A stretch of 64,000 nt of DNA. It comes from the human T2T-CHM13v2.0 reference genome, Homo sapiens. Below the pieces are notes generated by a model that was not told the origin of the DNA, did no database searches, and was given only the letters and a program-made list of their open reading frames with translations. Positions 15,191-31,242 of the stretch are shown piece by piece. Location of the stretch: the NCBI RefSeq assembly GCF_009914755.1, contig NC_060925.1. The stretch is one strand, 5' to 3'. Made by a program: the position numbers and the translations under genes. Within the stretch, counting starts at the first letter, position 1. Every line of letters starts with the position of its first letter.

Positions 15191-15959
15191 GGGGGGTTAA
15201 ATGCTCAGACCTAAACCAACCACCAAGAAAAGGAAGGAGGAGTACCATCTTGGCTAGACTGGGGCCTGACTTCCTCTGAAGCAGATGGTAACCAGAGGAG
15301 TGTGGGCACACGGGGGGCTTAAGGCAGAAGTGGGGGTGCCATTGGCTCCTGGACAGAAGGCACTGCATGGCCACATCCGCCAATCCAGCCAGAGGTCTGA
15401 ATGCTCCTACTTGTAGGGGTTCTTGTCCCCGGGGCAGCTCCCAGTGTGGACTCTGAGGACATGTGCCAGCTCCGTGTCCTTGTGGCTTAGATAAGAAGGG
15501 GTGAGGCACCGGCTCATACCAAAATGGGAACCTGCTGGCCTTATTGTGAGCTTATCTAGAGGACACACACGACCGACTTCATTAGAAAAATTGGGGGAAA
15601 AATCTTATTAAAGATTTGTTCTATCACATACCAGGGAAGCAAAGCCTTTCATGAAACCTAATGGGCAATACGGGTGATTTAAACAACTACACGGTACTGA
15701 GGTCTTTAATTTCCTGTAGGAAACCTGATGATTATCTGTCTGGAAATGCTTCAGCTCAAGTAGGGATATGTGCGAGTCAGAATGAAAAAGCTCTTTATAT
15801 TTTCACACTTTAAATCCAGACCCTGTGAAAAGAGATCCTTGTCACGGGAGGCCAATCAAGTTCAGAGAGTCCGACTAACTTTGCCCTCCCCAAATGCCAT
15901 CAAAGGCAAGTTGGGGCTCCATTAAATGGAGAAAACCAAGGGAGTGACCCCAAGGTCAG

Positions 15960-16200
15960 CAAGAGATACAAGAAAGAGAAAGACAGAGAGAGAAAGGTAG
16001 CAAAGCAAGAGAGACAGAGAAATGCTCCAAGAGACAGAAAGAGACAAAGAGCGAGAACAAGAGACCAGAGAATAGAAAAACAGACGAGAAGGAAAGAGGC
16101 AGACAGATGTGGCAAAGGAGGAGAAAGACACAGGGGAGAGAGAAAAACTGAGAAAAGGAGAGAAGAAAGAAAAGCAACAGAACTCGACAGACAAGAGATG
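15960..16200 (+). repeat. GA-rich low-complexity polypurine tract
   Basis: agaaagagaaagacagagagagaaa...; gives spurious hydrophobic ORFs on the - strand. Confidence 0.8.
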
Positions 16201-17024
16201 GCTAATAATCACCTTTGCAAGATTTCTTAATGATACTAATATTTACCAGTTAGAATTTCCAGTTGTGAGTCCCCTTCTGAAAGCTGTCCTTGCTTTCTGT
16301 GTGAGGATAGAGATCTAGGGGTCACACATGTTTTTCTAGCCCAGCAGGATCCAGATGTTTCCAGTTCCTGAACTTGGGTCAAGATCCAGCGTTGAGAGGG
16401 TCATTATTCAAAGAGGCCTTGAACACACATGATGTTTAGTTAAACATGGGGTAAGAAAACAGCCAGGACACAAATGAGTTATTCTAATTTTGTGAGTTCA
16501 GACCTTTGAACTCAACTCCTCATTCTGGTCTCCTGGCTGGAATGAGGACAACAGTCTATAAACAATCCACATATTCTATCTTCCCTCATAGCACATGTAG
16601 GCATCTCTAAAAATAATTCCCAAAGTAGCTTAGGCTCCATTTCCCTCTATTTGTTGCCTAGAGAACTCTTATTCACCCCTCAAGGCCTTGTTCAAATGAT
16701 CCTGCTTTAGGAGGCCTTCGCTGATCCCCAACATCCTCAAACAGGGTTAGCCATGCTGTATTCCCCTAATACTCTGTCGGGACCTCTGCTGAGGCCCTTC
16801 TCACATCACATTGTGATTATGTGTTTATGTTCTCCAGCATCTGGGACAATGCCAGGAACAAAGGAGGAACTCCATAAACACTCGTTGAATAAACGGTTGA
16901 GTAAATAAATAAGTCTGCCTCCCTGACAGGATTGTAAGCTGTTCAACTTGTATGGAATTAAGTTGAATCCCAGCACTTCAGAACAAAGGCGCACTTAGTG
17001 TCTACCTAGTTCAGCTCTCAATGA

Positions 17025-17311
<287 letters not shown>

Positions 17312-18868
17312 TAAACATAGGAGAGTCTTAATGTATTTACTTTTCTGAATTTTCACGGTAAATGCTTGCTGATTATTAAAAGTTTGGGAAAAAATAGAAA
17401 ACAATAAAGAAGCAGAAAGGTCACGTAAAATTCCTCTACCAAAGTAGGTATTGTTAAGATGTGGCATATTTCAGTCTTTTGCTATGCATTGTGTTTTCCT
17501 TATACAATTGAGATGACAATGTGTGTATATAGGTTTTAGAGCAGTTGTGCTGTAATTAGTGTGTACCTGATATTTTATGTTCTTGTTTCATTAAAGACAG
17601 TCTCATAGTGACAGTAAATCCCATCTCATTAACATATCAACATAACCCCACGTTTTTATTAGATAATGTCATGCTCCTCCCCCATCATATGTCTAGAATT
17701 TGCTTAGCCATTCACTCTTCTTAGGCAGTTGGGTGGTTTTCAGTTTTAGTTTCTGGCCATTTTAAGGATCATTGCTCTGAACTTCCAGGAAGTAGGTACA
17801 TGTGGTTAGAGATAAAACTCCCAATAACATCATCATCCACAGACTCTCAAGTACTGCAGCTCAACCAGCTGAGATGGAAGTGAGGATAATGTGCTCCAGA
17901 TCTTGCTAGCTGACTCCAGAGGTGGCTCTAGTGACAGTGGCACCCCTGTATCTGGATGTGCATAAAGCATGTGAGCTCAAGGAGGCTGGGACAGGCCTGT
18001 CTTGTTGCCCTTGGATTCCCCAAGCCCAGCACAGTGCCTGGCACATGACGAGTGAATGAACAAATGGTGCATGCTTGGACAGACGAATGCACTGTTATGC
18101 TCAGACACCTCAGCAGTGTGACTGGAGCCTCAGCCTTCTGTATGTTGTACTGTCTGGAACCCCAGGCCTCTGGGGAATTCTGGGAATGTTCCATGTTAGT
18201 GATAGGAAAGTGCTCTGAGCCTCTGGGCTAAAAGCACCGCCCTGCAGCCAGAGCATGCTCCCAGCTGAGCAGTAAATGTGAATGAACGGTGATGAGATGC
18301 TAAGGACAATGCTCCCCCAACTCCCAGTGCCCCCCTCCCACATGCCCACACATACCCACTTGCTGCCCACATGTGCCTCTCTCTGCTATCATCTGGGGTC
18401 ACCTTCAGAGCGTCTATTTGGGCAGATAACCCACCAAGTTAGAAACAACATAATAGACACTTCACTTTGTCATCTGAGGAGCAGCACTACATGCTGGCCA
18501 ACAAGACAGACCAGCAAGCCCAAGAGTGGCTTTCCAGTCATTTATTCCACAAACACTTCTTGGGCTTCTGCTGTGCCCAACCAGAGAATTAGAGATGAAT
18601 AATATGTGTGTCCATCCTTGAGGAGTTCACCCTTATGTGCCAAATAGATTCGGCTGTGCCTCCAAAATCATCTCCTGGTCCAGCGTCTCCCCAGCTCAGG
18701 CAGATCCCCAGCATCCCCCAGAAGATGGGAGCCGTCCTTGGCACCCAATCCTGTGGACCCAGCCTTGAAGGTAGCTCTCAGCATCGCTTTCCTTCTCTCT
18801 CCACCTCCCTGTTCAGACTTAACCCAACACCTTCCTAACTGGTCCCACTCCCACCCCTCCAGCCCTCA

Positions 18869-19214
<346 letters not shown>

Positions 19215-21287
19215 GCAAATCTGATCACATTGGTTCTCTGCTTAAAACCCCATAATGGCTTCCCAGAGCTCTCAGGATAAAACCCGAAGTCCTCCTTTAT
19301 GTCGCTCCTTTATGTGGCTCCATGACCCCACAGGGGCTGACCCCAACCCTGAACCTTGCACAGCCCCGTGTCATCCTTCCCTACTCCCAGCTGCTTCTGC
19401 ATGCCAGCCACACCAACTCCCTCCAGTTTCTCAGAGCCATGTATCCCACCACTCAGAGCCTTCCTTGTGATGTTCCTCTGCCTGGAAAACCACCAACACC
19501 CGCTCCTGCCATCTTCTTCAGCTGGCCACCAACTCCTCCTCATCCCTAGAGTCCTCATATAAGCATCAATTCCTCGGGAAAGCCATCCTGACTCCTCCGC
19601 TAGAGCAGGCCCCCGTTACCTACTCCACGAGTCCCCTGCACTGCTCTTCCCTGGCACTGTCTTGGCTGTAATCCAAGAGTGTGTGTTTAGTGTCAGAGCC
19701 CCACCACCCTGACTCCTATTAAAACCTGGCTGCGAGCTAGGAGCAGTGATGGTGGCGGCAACAAGGGATCAACCTGGGAAAGCAGCTGGGAATGGGGGAG
19801 CTTCCCAGAGCAGTAAAGCTACCGCTGAGTCCTGAAGGACGAGGACTCATGAGTCAATGATAGAGAGAAGTGAGGAGATTCGCACTCAGGCAGAGAAAAA
19901 ATACTTTAGGGAATTACTTTGGAGAAATTGGAAATAATCCCATATGGCTTGAGTTCACCTGAGTGTGAGAGCATGATAAGAGATATGGCTAAAGAATTAA
20001 ATAGGAGCCAGACTGGAAGGGTCTTACAACCAAGAAAAGTACTTTGATAAGGAAATAGAGAGCATCGAAGGATTTAAACACTAGAGTGACCTTCTTAAAA
20101 AGTACACTCTGGCCACAGAGTGGAGAAAGGACAGCATAGGATAGAGACAAGGACATCAGTTTGGAGCCAGTTGCAGTGACCCAGGGAGACGATCAGGAGT
20201 TGAATTAAGGCAATGAGAAGAGAAACGAGAGAAATAAGGGAGGCATTTGAAGATAAGAGGGACAGGGCTTGGTGACAAAATGGATATGAGGTTAAGAGAG
20301 GGAAAGGGTAGTTCCCAATTCCTGTCTTGACAGCTCGACGGAAGTACATTCTCCAAGATAAGGAATGCATGGGGAAGAAACGATCGGGGCCAGATAAGGA
20401 TATGACACTTATTGGGCATGTTGCGATTCAGGTGACTGTAGGACAAACCAAGTACACATGTCAAGTAGGCCTGGAGCCTCAGGAGAGAGGTTGGCAGGGG
20501 TGCAGTTCTGTTCAGAAAAGGTTTATTCAGCAGGTGGTGCTTAGAAATGTCAATATCACAGAGGACTAAGAGAAAGGGATGGATGCACAGGGTGCTATGG
20601 GGACCCAAAGAAAGGTACTTGGATCACCTGGAAGTTCTTGGAAGCCTTCTGGAGGAAACAATGCCCGGGCTGAGCCTTGAAGGTTAATGGTGTGGCCTGG
20701 CATGGGTGGGAAACATGGACTATCTTGGGTTGATGCAGTATGAATGTGCAAGGTGGGAGCAGTGGAAGATAAGACTGGAGAGGTAGATAAAAGTCAGGTC
20801 ATGGACACCTGGACCGCCATGGTAGGAACTTGGGATTTAATCAAAAGTTATTAATCAGAAGCCATTGCAGGATGTAATCAAAGCATTGACACGGTCAGAC
20901 ATCTGACCACACTGGAAGACAGAGTCAAACAGAAGGAAACAGGCACAGTTGCCTCCTCAGTAGCCACTGCCCCCCTTCTTTCTTGTAAAAGAACCCAAGA
21001 TCTGTTTAGGTACTTTATTGCCCATGTGGCCATGTATCTTGGAAAAGGAAGGCCACAGCTCCAGTCCCAGGGGTTGAATCATAACTGGTTTAAGACTACC
21101 ATTGTAGTCCCATTCCCCTCCACAGTGTCTGGTTTAGGCACAGGCAAGCAATGGCCAATTAAATGAGAAGGGAAAAGTCTGTAAAAGGCTTCTGATTCTG
21201 GATGTCATTGGGTCTATATGTGTTGCCTGAACCTATGGCAGCTACCTCGGGACCAGGAGGGGAGTTAGCTTGAAGAGAACTCAATGA

Positions 21288-21703
<416 letters not shown>

Positions 21704-21827
21704 TATGCAACCTTCTTAATATGTGACTCCATATGTTGAAGCCGACTTGAATTGGTTTTCTATTGTGTACTGCCGAAATCATCATAATCAACCTAGACTA
21801 CAAGAATGGAAGCCATACGATAAAACA

Positions 21828-21975
21828 GTCCGGGCGCAGTGTCTCATGACTATAATCCCAGCACTTTGGGAGGCCAAGGTAGGGGAAGATTCCCTGAGCC
21901 CAGGAGTTCAAGACCAGCCTGGACAACATGGTGAGACCCTATCTCTAAAAAAGAAAAAGTATAAAAACAAAAAAT
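21828..21975 (+). mobile_element. Alu left monomer (FLAM-like)
   Basis: Left arm then A-rich tail. Confidence 0.8.
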
Positions 21976-22161
21976 AATCATGAAAAGTTTTAAAAGAAAG
22001 TACAGTTAATAGGGTATTCATGATTCTCTTCTTATAACTCAGTTGCTAAAGAGGAAAGACTTACGCATGGAGAAGTTAGAGGAAAATTCAAAGAGGATGG
22101 ATTAGTTATCTATGGCTCCACAACAAACTACACCAAAACTTAGCAGCTTACACCACAAACA

Positions 22162-22453
22162 TTTATTTATTTATTTATTTATTTATTTAGAGACAGGTTC
22201 TCGCTCTGCCACCCAGGCCAGAGTACAGTGGTGCCACCATGGCTCACTGCAGCCTTGACCTCCAGGGCTCAAGCAATCCTCCAATCTCAGCCCCCCACCA
22301 CCCCCAATAGCTGGGACTACAGGTGCGCATCACCATGCCTGGCTAATGTTTGTATTTGTTGTAGAGATGGTGTTTCACCATGTTGCCCAGGCTGGTCTTG
22401 AACTCCTAGGCTCAAGCAATTTGCCCACCTTGGCCCCCCAAAGTGCTGGGATT
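22162..22453 (-). mobile_element. AluJ-like with (TTTA)n tail, inside an MLT1 remnant (~22100-22570)
   Basis: Reverse Alu dimer; flanking aaacat duplicated. Confidence 0.88.
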
Positions 22454-24854
22454 AACAAACATGTATTGCCTCAAAGCTTTTTTGGGTCAGGAATTAGGGT
22501 GCAGCATAGCTGGGTGATTCTGACTCATAGTCTCTCATGGAGTTGCAGTGAAAATGTCAGCTGGGTTCATTTTTTTAGTCTTTTTTCTCTCTGTTTCATG
22601 TTGGGTATTTCTATTTATATGTTTTCAAGTTTACCAGTATGTTCTTCCACAATGTCTATCTGCTGTTAAACCCATCCAATATACTTTTCTCAGAGCATCA
22701 GTGAGCTTCAAATAACCTAACATATGTGTAATTGGAATCCCAGGGAATAAAGGAAGCTGGGTGGGAGAGGGGAACAGAAAAAGTACTTGAAGAAATAATG
22801 GTCAAAATTATTCAAAATTTTATGAAGCTATAAACTCACAGAACCAAGAACCTCAATAAACCCTAAGCACAAGAAACATAAAACTGTACTAAGGCACAGA
22901 ACAATCAGATGGCTCAAAGCCTATGATAAAGAGAAAAATTTTAAAAGCAACTAGGGACATTACATGAAGAGAAACAAAGATAAGCATGACAAAAAGCTTC
23001 CTGTCATAAATAATGCATACCGGAAAATAATGGAAGAATATCTCTAAATACTAAAAGAAAAAAACACTGCCAACTTTGAATTATATCTTTTGAATATATC
23101 TTAGATGTATATTATATCTTTGAAAATATATTTTGAGACTGAAGGTAAGATAAGACTTTTTCAGCCATGCAAAAGCTAAAATAATTTATCACCTGAGATA
23201 CAACAAATGTTAAAGAAGATCCTTGAAGCAGAAAGAAAAGGATAACAGATATATAAATCTACACAAAGGAAGGAAAATCATCAACATTGGCAACTATGTG
23301 GATAAGAAAAGGATAAATTAAATGGAATTATTTAAAATATTCAATTAATTCAAAAGTATGCAGAAAAAGAGGGGGAGAGGAAAAAAGAATAGAGGGGACA
23401 AACAAAAAAACAAGGCCATAGAAGCTTTAAGCGACACAATCAGCCAAGTTGACCTAACTGACGCTTATAAAACCCTCCACCTAACAACAATAGAATACAC
23501 GTTATTTACATGTGCACATGGAACATGTTTACCAAAATGGCCATATTCAGGGCCATAAAACAAGTCTCAAAGAATTTTTAAAGTTTCAGGCCATACAAAG
23601 TATGTTCTTTGAACATAATGGAATTAAATTAGAAACCAATAACCAAAAGAGCTTTACAAAATCCTCAAACATTTAGGAACACAATAACACACTTCCAAAT
23701 AACCCATGGTTCAGAGAAGAAATCAAAGGGGAAAACAGGAAGTATTCTAAGTTGAATGAAAAATAAAACATAACATATTTGAGAGAAGCCACAAAAGCAG
23801 TACTTAGGAGGAACTTATAGCACCAAATACCTATATTAGAAAAGAAGAAACTTCTCAAGTAAATGACTTCAGCTGGTACCGTAAGAAATTAGGAAGAGAG
23901 CAATTAAATCTTAAGTAAACTAAAGAAAAGAAATAATAAAGATCATAGTGGAAATCAATGAGATATAAAACAGAAAAACAGAAGAAAAAATCTGTAAGCC
24001 AAAAGCTGCACTTTGAAAAGATCAATAACATCAATAAATCTCTAACCAGGCTTATCAGGAAAAAAGAAAGAAGTCAAAAATTAATCAATAATCAGGAATG
24101 AGAGAGGTAATATCCCTACCAATTCTTAAATATTAAAAGGATTATAAGAAAATATTATAAACAACTCTATGCCAATAAATTTGACAACTTATATGAAATG
24201 AACAAATTCCTTGAAAGACACAAACTACCAAGGTTCACACAAGAGGAAATAAATAACATGACTAGTCCTATATATGTTAAAAAAATTAAATTTGTAGCTC
24301 AAAAATTTCTCATAAAGAAAGCCCCAGCCTCAAATTGTTTCACTGGTCAATTCTACCAAGCATTTAATGAAGAAATAATAATAGTTTTATACAAACCCTT
24401 CCAGAAAATTGAAGAGGAGAAAATGTTCCCAAATCATTATATGAGGCCAGCATCACCCTCAACCTGATAAAAAGCGTCTACTTAAAAAATCTACAACTAA
24501 CAGCATACTTGATGGTGAACAGCATACTAAGTGATTTCCCCCTAAGACTGGGAACAAGGCATGTCCTCTCTCACCACCTAGTCAACATTATACTGGAGGT
24601 TCTAGCTAGTGCAATAGGATAAGAAAAAGAAATAAAAAGCAAACAAATTGAAAAAGAAGAAACAAAATGTTTTTATTCAGAGATGACGTGATCATCTACA
24701 TAGAAAATTTGATGGAATCTCCAAAAAAGCTACTAGCACTGATATATGAGCACAGCATGGTTACAGGATACAAGATTAATGTACAAAAATCCACTGTATT
24801 TCTATTACTTAGCAATAAACAATCCAAAACTGAAATAAACAATGCTATGTGTTA

Positions 24855-25333
<479 letters not shown>

Positions 25334-25579
25334 TTTAAATAGGGATAAACCTAATAAAAGACCTAATGTTAGACCTGTACACTGAAAACTACAAAACACT
25401 GCTGAGATAAATTAAAGAAAATTTAAACCAACAGAGAAGTATATACCATGTTCATGGGTTAGACACTCAATATCATTAAGTTGCCAGTTCTCCCCAAATT
25501 TATAGATTCAGTGCAATCTCAATCAAAATCACATCAGGCTTTTTCTGTAGAGTTATAAGCTGATTCTAAAGTTTATTTA

Positions 25580-25919
<340 letters not shown>

Positions 25920-26454
25920 TCAAAATAATTTTGAAAAAGAAAGTTAGAGGGTTTACACTACCTAATTTCAAGACATGATCAAGCTACAATAATAAGAGTG
26001 TGGTATTGGCATCAAAAAGAGAAAAATATTAGTGGAACAGAATAGAGTCCAGAAATAGACCTACACGTATTGGCAACTGATTTTCAACAAAGGTGCAAAG
26101 GCAATTCAGTGGAGAAAGGACAACCTTTTCAACAAATGATGCCAAAACAATTGAATATACATATGCAAAAATGTAACTTTAATCCATACCTAATATCATA
26201 TACAGAAATTAATTCAAAATGGATCAATGACTTAAATGTAAAACTTAAATCTGTAAAACTTCTAGAAAAGAACATAAGAGAAAAATCTTTGTGACTTTAT
26301 GTTAGGCAAAGATATCTTAGATATGATACTAAAAGCACAATCCATAAAAGAAAACATAATACATTGGACTTCACCAAAATTAAGAAGAATTGGAGTGGCA
26401 AACATAAGTGCCCATGAGTTTAGTATACCAAATACCACAAGAGTACAGAGGGCA

Positions 26455-27035
26455 ATTGCTGGTTGCACCACCAGCAACAATTGCCCTCTTCTCCATAAAA
26501 TATTTTCTTTTAGGAACTACCCACATGTATTTTATAGCAGCCACACGTTTGAGTGAGATTAATTCCATCCCAGATCCAAGGTGGCCCCTGCCTGGCATAA
26601 TTTCATCTTTTCTACCACACACTGACTAATTCAGGAAGAGGAGATAATGCTGACCTAAGTCAGTTGGTGTATGGATTTTCTTGGCCAGTTCAGGTCTAAA
26701 CCCAGTAAGTCTTAGGGCTTTTGGTCTATGGCTGGGAAAGAAGACATTCTTTCCTTCTGCCTATAAATAAGCAAGCAATTTAGTCTCCATTGCTGTTGAC
26801 AGTCATATCACCTCCATAGGAGAGGCTAGCAGAGGACAAAGCCAACACATCAGAGGAGGGTGGGGTCTAGAGAACTAACAAGAAACAGAGCCAGCATCCT
26901 GATCAAACCATGCCTGAAGCTAACATTACTTCTGAAAGGTACAGCTGTGTAAGATAATAAATTATCTTTAATTGTTTAAAACCATTTAAATTGATTTTCC
27001 CCTGTTCCTTGCAACCAAATCTTCCTTAATGATAT
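26455..27035 (+). mobile_element. Old MLT1 (MaLR) LTR remnant
   Basis: 3' part catcctgatcaaaccatgcctgaagcta...aataaa...ttgtttaaaccattt...ttgcaaccaaa...ccttaatgatata resembles MLT1. Confidence 0.55.
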
Positions 27036-28667
27036 AGGAGCACAAAAAAGGGCCGATTAATTTTGTCTGGTGATGTTGGAGAAGTCTTCCCACAGGGGAA
27101 ATCACTTGAGCTTTGACTTATAGGACGAGTAAGAGTTCATCAGGAAATAAGAGAAGTAAAAATGATCAGCACTGCTTCTGTCAGGCAGCTGCGTGGCCCT
27201 CCACGACCCTCAGGTGACCTTGAGGGCGGCCTGACTTCCCTCCAGCACTATTGCTGAGATCCCATCACTCTGGTCCTCCCTCCCCCATGGATCTGCAGGT
27301 TCTCATCTCCATTCGCCAGACAGCAGCTTATTGCTAGTGAGGAGAGATATTAAAGCTACTCCGTCTGGCCAGGAAATGGAAAGAACCCAGGAGAATTAGC
27401 TGGAGAAAACCTATTAAGCAACAAAGAACATACCCAGCTGCCGAGACATCTTTGGAATTTTAAATCATACAAGTTGCCTTCAGAGTGGCTTTCCCAGCCT
27501 AGTGCTCTCCTCTTCAACAGGGCCTTGGAGACCAGTGGGGTTCGGAATTTTACCAGCCTGGGCAACACCTCATCCGTCTCCCTGTGTGCCTTCCTGTAAC
27601 TTGGCCACAAGACTTTAACAACAAAATCCACCACCATGAAACTCCTAAATAACTACCATGAGCCCTCTTTCCTTTTGTAAAGCAATCCTTTCCCTCTTGA
27701 GCCAAGATAAAATCCAGCCCTTGCTGTAGACTGTTAGCTTCACACCAGTGGGAGTCCCTTCTCCCGTGCAAGACTTTTCCTACGCATTATCTCATGGGAG
27801 CTCACAGCAGCCCCAAGAACCAGGCAGGGGTGACCGGCCCCAGGGAGCAGATGAGGACCCAGAGGCTCCAGGAGATTCAGTGGCTTGCTCAAAGGTCACA
27901 GGGCTAACACCTAGAGGGGTCAAGATTTGAACACAGGCCTTTGGGGCCCATTTCTAGACCCCCATGCTAGCTCTGTTCTTATACAACAATTCTAAGAAAA
28001 AAATCTTTGTTGTGCCCACCCAGGCTGCCATGTGAACAGGAGCAAACCTCACCAGAAGCACAAAGTATTCTGTCCTTCTGGAAGCCTAAGAACCCACCGG
28101 GGGATCATGAGAGAACTCAGCTACCAAAGGGAGGCTTTGGGCAAGGCATTCAGCAAGTGAGTCTCCAATCCCTGCACACAAAATGGCAATTAGCAGCCTT
28201 GCTGGCAGTTGAAAGAATCAAACAAGTTCACCGTGTTCCTATGACAGGCTGGCATTCACTCTTTGTCCAGCTGGAGAGCTGTGTGGGGGAAAACTGCCCC
28301 CAGCACTGCTAGGGCAGTGCTGGCGCTGGCGTGGGAGCTGAGGGGTCCAGCCAACCCCACACTTTGCTGGGACAATGGAAAAGCCACTCACAGAGGAAGG
28401 GGTGAGGGGAAGGGCAACTTCCTACCTGCTCCATAGGAACCGGAGCAGAACCTCCCTGGGGCCGAAACCTGCACACCAGGCTCACAGTTTCCATCCTTCT
28501 CGCATGGCAACAGCGGCCACGCTTCCTTTCCCACACTGGTATCCCCGCCTGAAACCACCTCCCCTACCGCCCAGCCTCACCCAGAACAATAGAACCAGGA
28601 GGCCTCCTAAAATTAGTCAGTCTGCCTCCAACCCTGCCTGGGCAGGCGGGCTAGGTCTTCTGCCAGC

Positions 28668-29016
28668 ACCCAGGGTTGCGGTGGGACCTCCTGAGCTGAG
28701 CTGCCCACAGTTGTGATGGGACCTTGTGAGCTGAGCTGCCCAGGGTTGTGATGGGACCTCCTGAGCTGGGTTGCCCCAGATTGTGGTGGGACCTCGTGAG
28801 CTGAGCTGAGCTGCCCAGGGTTGTGATGGGACCTCCTGAGCTGGGTTGCCCCAGATTGTGATGGGACCTTGTGAGCTAAGCTGCCCAGGGTTGTGATGGG
28901 ACCTCCTGAGCTGGGCTGCCCAGGATTGTGGTGGGACCCCCTGAGCTTGGCTGCCCGGGATTGTAGTGGGACCCCCTGAGCTGGGCTGCCTGGGGTTGTG
29001 GTGGGACCCCCTGAGC
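28668..29016 (+). repeat. 35-bp minisatellite (VNTR), 9 full plus 2 partial units
   Basis: Consensus TGAGCTG(A/G)GCTGCCCAGG(G/A)TTGTG(A/G)TGGGACC(T/C)CC. Units start at 28692, 28727, 28762, 28797 (40 bp), 28837, 28872, 28907, 28942, 28977. Confidence 0.95.
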
Positions 29017-29222
29017 AGCACACAGGGAACTCTGTGTGGCCTCTCTCTTTGCCAGCCTCCTCCTTTCCTCCCTCTGGCTCAGATTCCACCTAGTAAACCC
29101 CAATGAAGAAATGAATGAGCACAGGTATGGGGGCGGGAAAGCTGGGCCAGGAAGCACAGAAGGCTTCCCTCTGAGGAAAAAGCTGGGGATATTTATAAGT
29201 CAATCTAAAATGAGCACCCAAA

Positions 29223-29352
29223 GCTGGACGCAGTGGCTCCTGCCTGTAATCCCAGTTCCTCAAGAGGCTGAGGCAGGAGGATCACTTGAGCCCAGGAGCT
29301 CGAGGCCAGCCTGGGCAACATAGCAAGACTGTCTCAAAGAATAAAATAAAAT
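29223..29352 (+). mobile_element. Alu monomer (FLAM-like)
   Basis: Single arm plus A-rich tail; flanking aaaatgag(c/t)accca duplicated. Confidence 0.82.
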
Positions 29353-29865
29353 GAGTACCCAGTAATCCTACCACACTTCCTTGGAATGAATATTTCCCCA
29401 GTCTCCAACATGATGAGTTCATTCCTTCTCCTCAGTCCCCAGATGGCCTGCATCCTCCTCCCCACAACTCCCACACCACTATGCCAGTAACCTTGCATTG
29501 GCATTCCTTGGGGAAAACCTGATGCTACCTGGCAGGAACCACCTCATCCCTGCATACCACAAAACTTACAGCCCACCTGTGTCAAGACCCCTCTCTCTTA
29601 CATATGTATTTAGAATAGTTAAGTTTTAAAAAAAAAAAAAGCCCACTCTCTCTGCTCCTCCCCTGTGAGGACAGACAGTGTCCCTGCAGCCCTGCACCCA
29701 TTCCTGTGTTGGACCCCTTCTCTCTCCCGTCTCAAGGACAGACTTCTGCCCATTTTCTCTCTCCTGCACGTTAATTTCTGCCTTTCTACCAAATCCACCC
29801 TGCGGTGTGTACAATATAGTGTCCTAGTATCTCTTATTTTAAAATCCTCCGTCTTGTGAACTTAA

Positions 29866-30282
<417 letters not shown>

Positions 30283-30287
30283 TAGAA

Positions 30288-30572
30288 GGCCAGACTAGGT
30301 GGCTCACGCCTGCAATCCCAGCACTTTGGGAGGCCAAGGTGGGAAAATCACTTGAGCCCAGGAGTTCGAGACCAGCCTGGCCAACATAATGAGACTCCGT
30401 CTCTACAGAATATTTCGAAATTAGCCAGGCGTGGTGGCACACCACTGTAATCCCAGCTACTCGGGAGGCTGAGGTGGGAAGATTGCTTGAACCCAGGAGG
30501 TCAAGGCTGCAGGGAGCTGTGATTGTACCACCACACTCCAGCCCGCGTGACAGAGCAAGACCCTGTCTCTAA

Positions 30573-30615
<43 letters not shown>

Positions 30616-30617
30616 AA
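30288..30617 (+). mobile_element. Alu (AluJ-like), (TAAA)n tail
   Basis: Dimer with J diagnostics (gtcaaggctgcag, gagcccaggag). Confidence 0.92.
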
Positions 30618-30918
30618 TATCCAACTGCCTACATGACATCTCCATGGAAATGTTTAATAAGTATCTCAAATTTACTCCTGGACAGAACAGGATTAGCCTT
30701 CCCTTAGTCGTCCCCTTCTCAGTAAATAACATCACTGTCTACCTAGTTACTCCATCCAAATTCTGTTCACTTCTGTCTGCACTGCCTTCCCCATGCCCAG
30801 GCCACCACAGTCTCTCCTACAGGGTCTCCCTGCTGATCCTCTTGCCCATTTACCATCTATGTTCCACACCCAGTGAGAGTGATCTTCTGAAAACATAACT
30901 CAGATCAGGCCAGATTCA

Positions 30919-31242
<324 letters not shown>

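Noticed and set aside
15900-16318. Hydrophobic, membrane-like ORFs on - strand and a charged ORF on + strand
   Set aside because: Artefacts of a GA-rich low-complexity tract; no splice or family support.
28613-29157. Minisatellite as a CRISPR-like array, or its 93-158 aa ORFs as a repeat protein
   Set aside because: Units are contiguous with no unique spacers and no cas genes. The 35-bp period cycles the same peptides through all frames, as expected for non-coding repeats.
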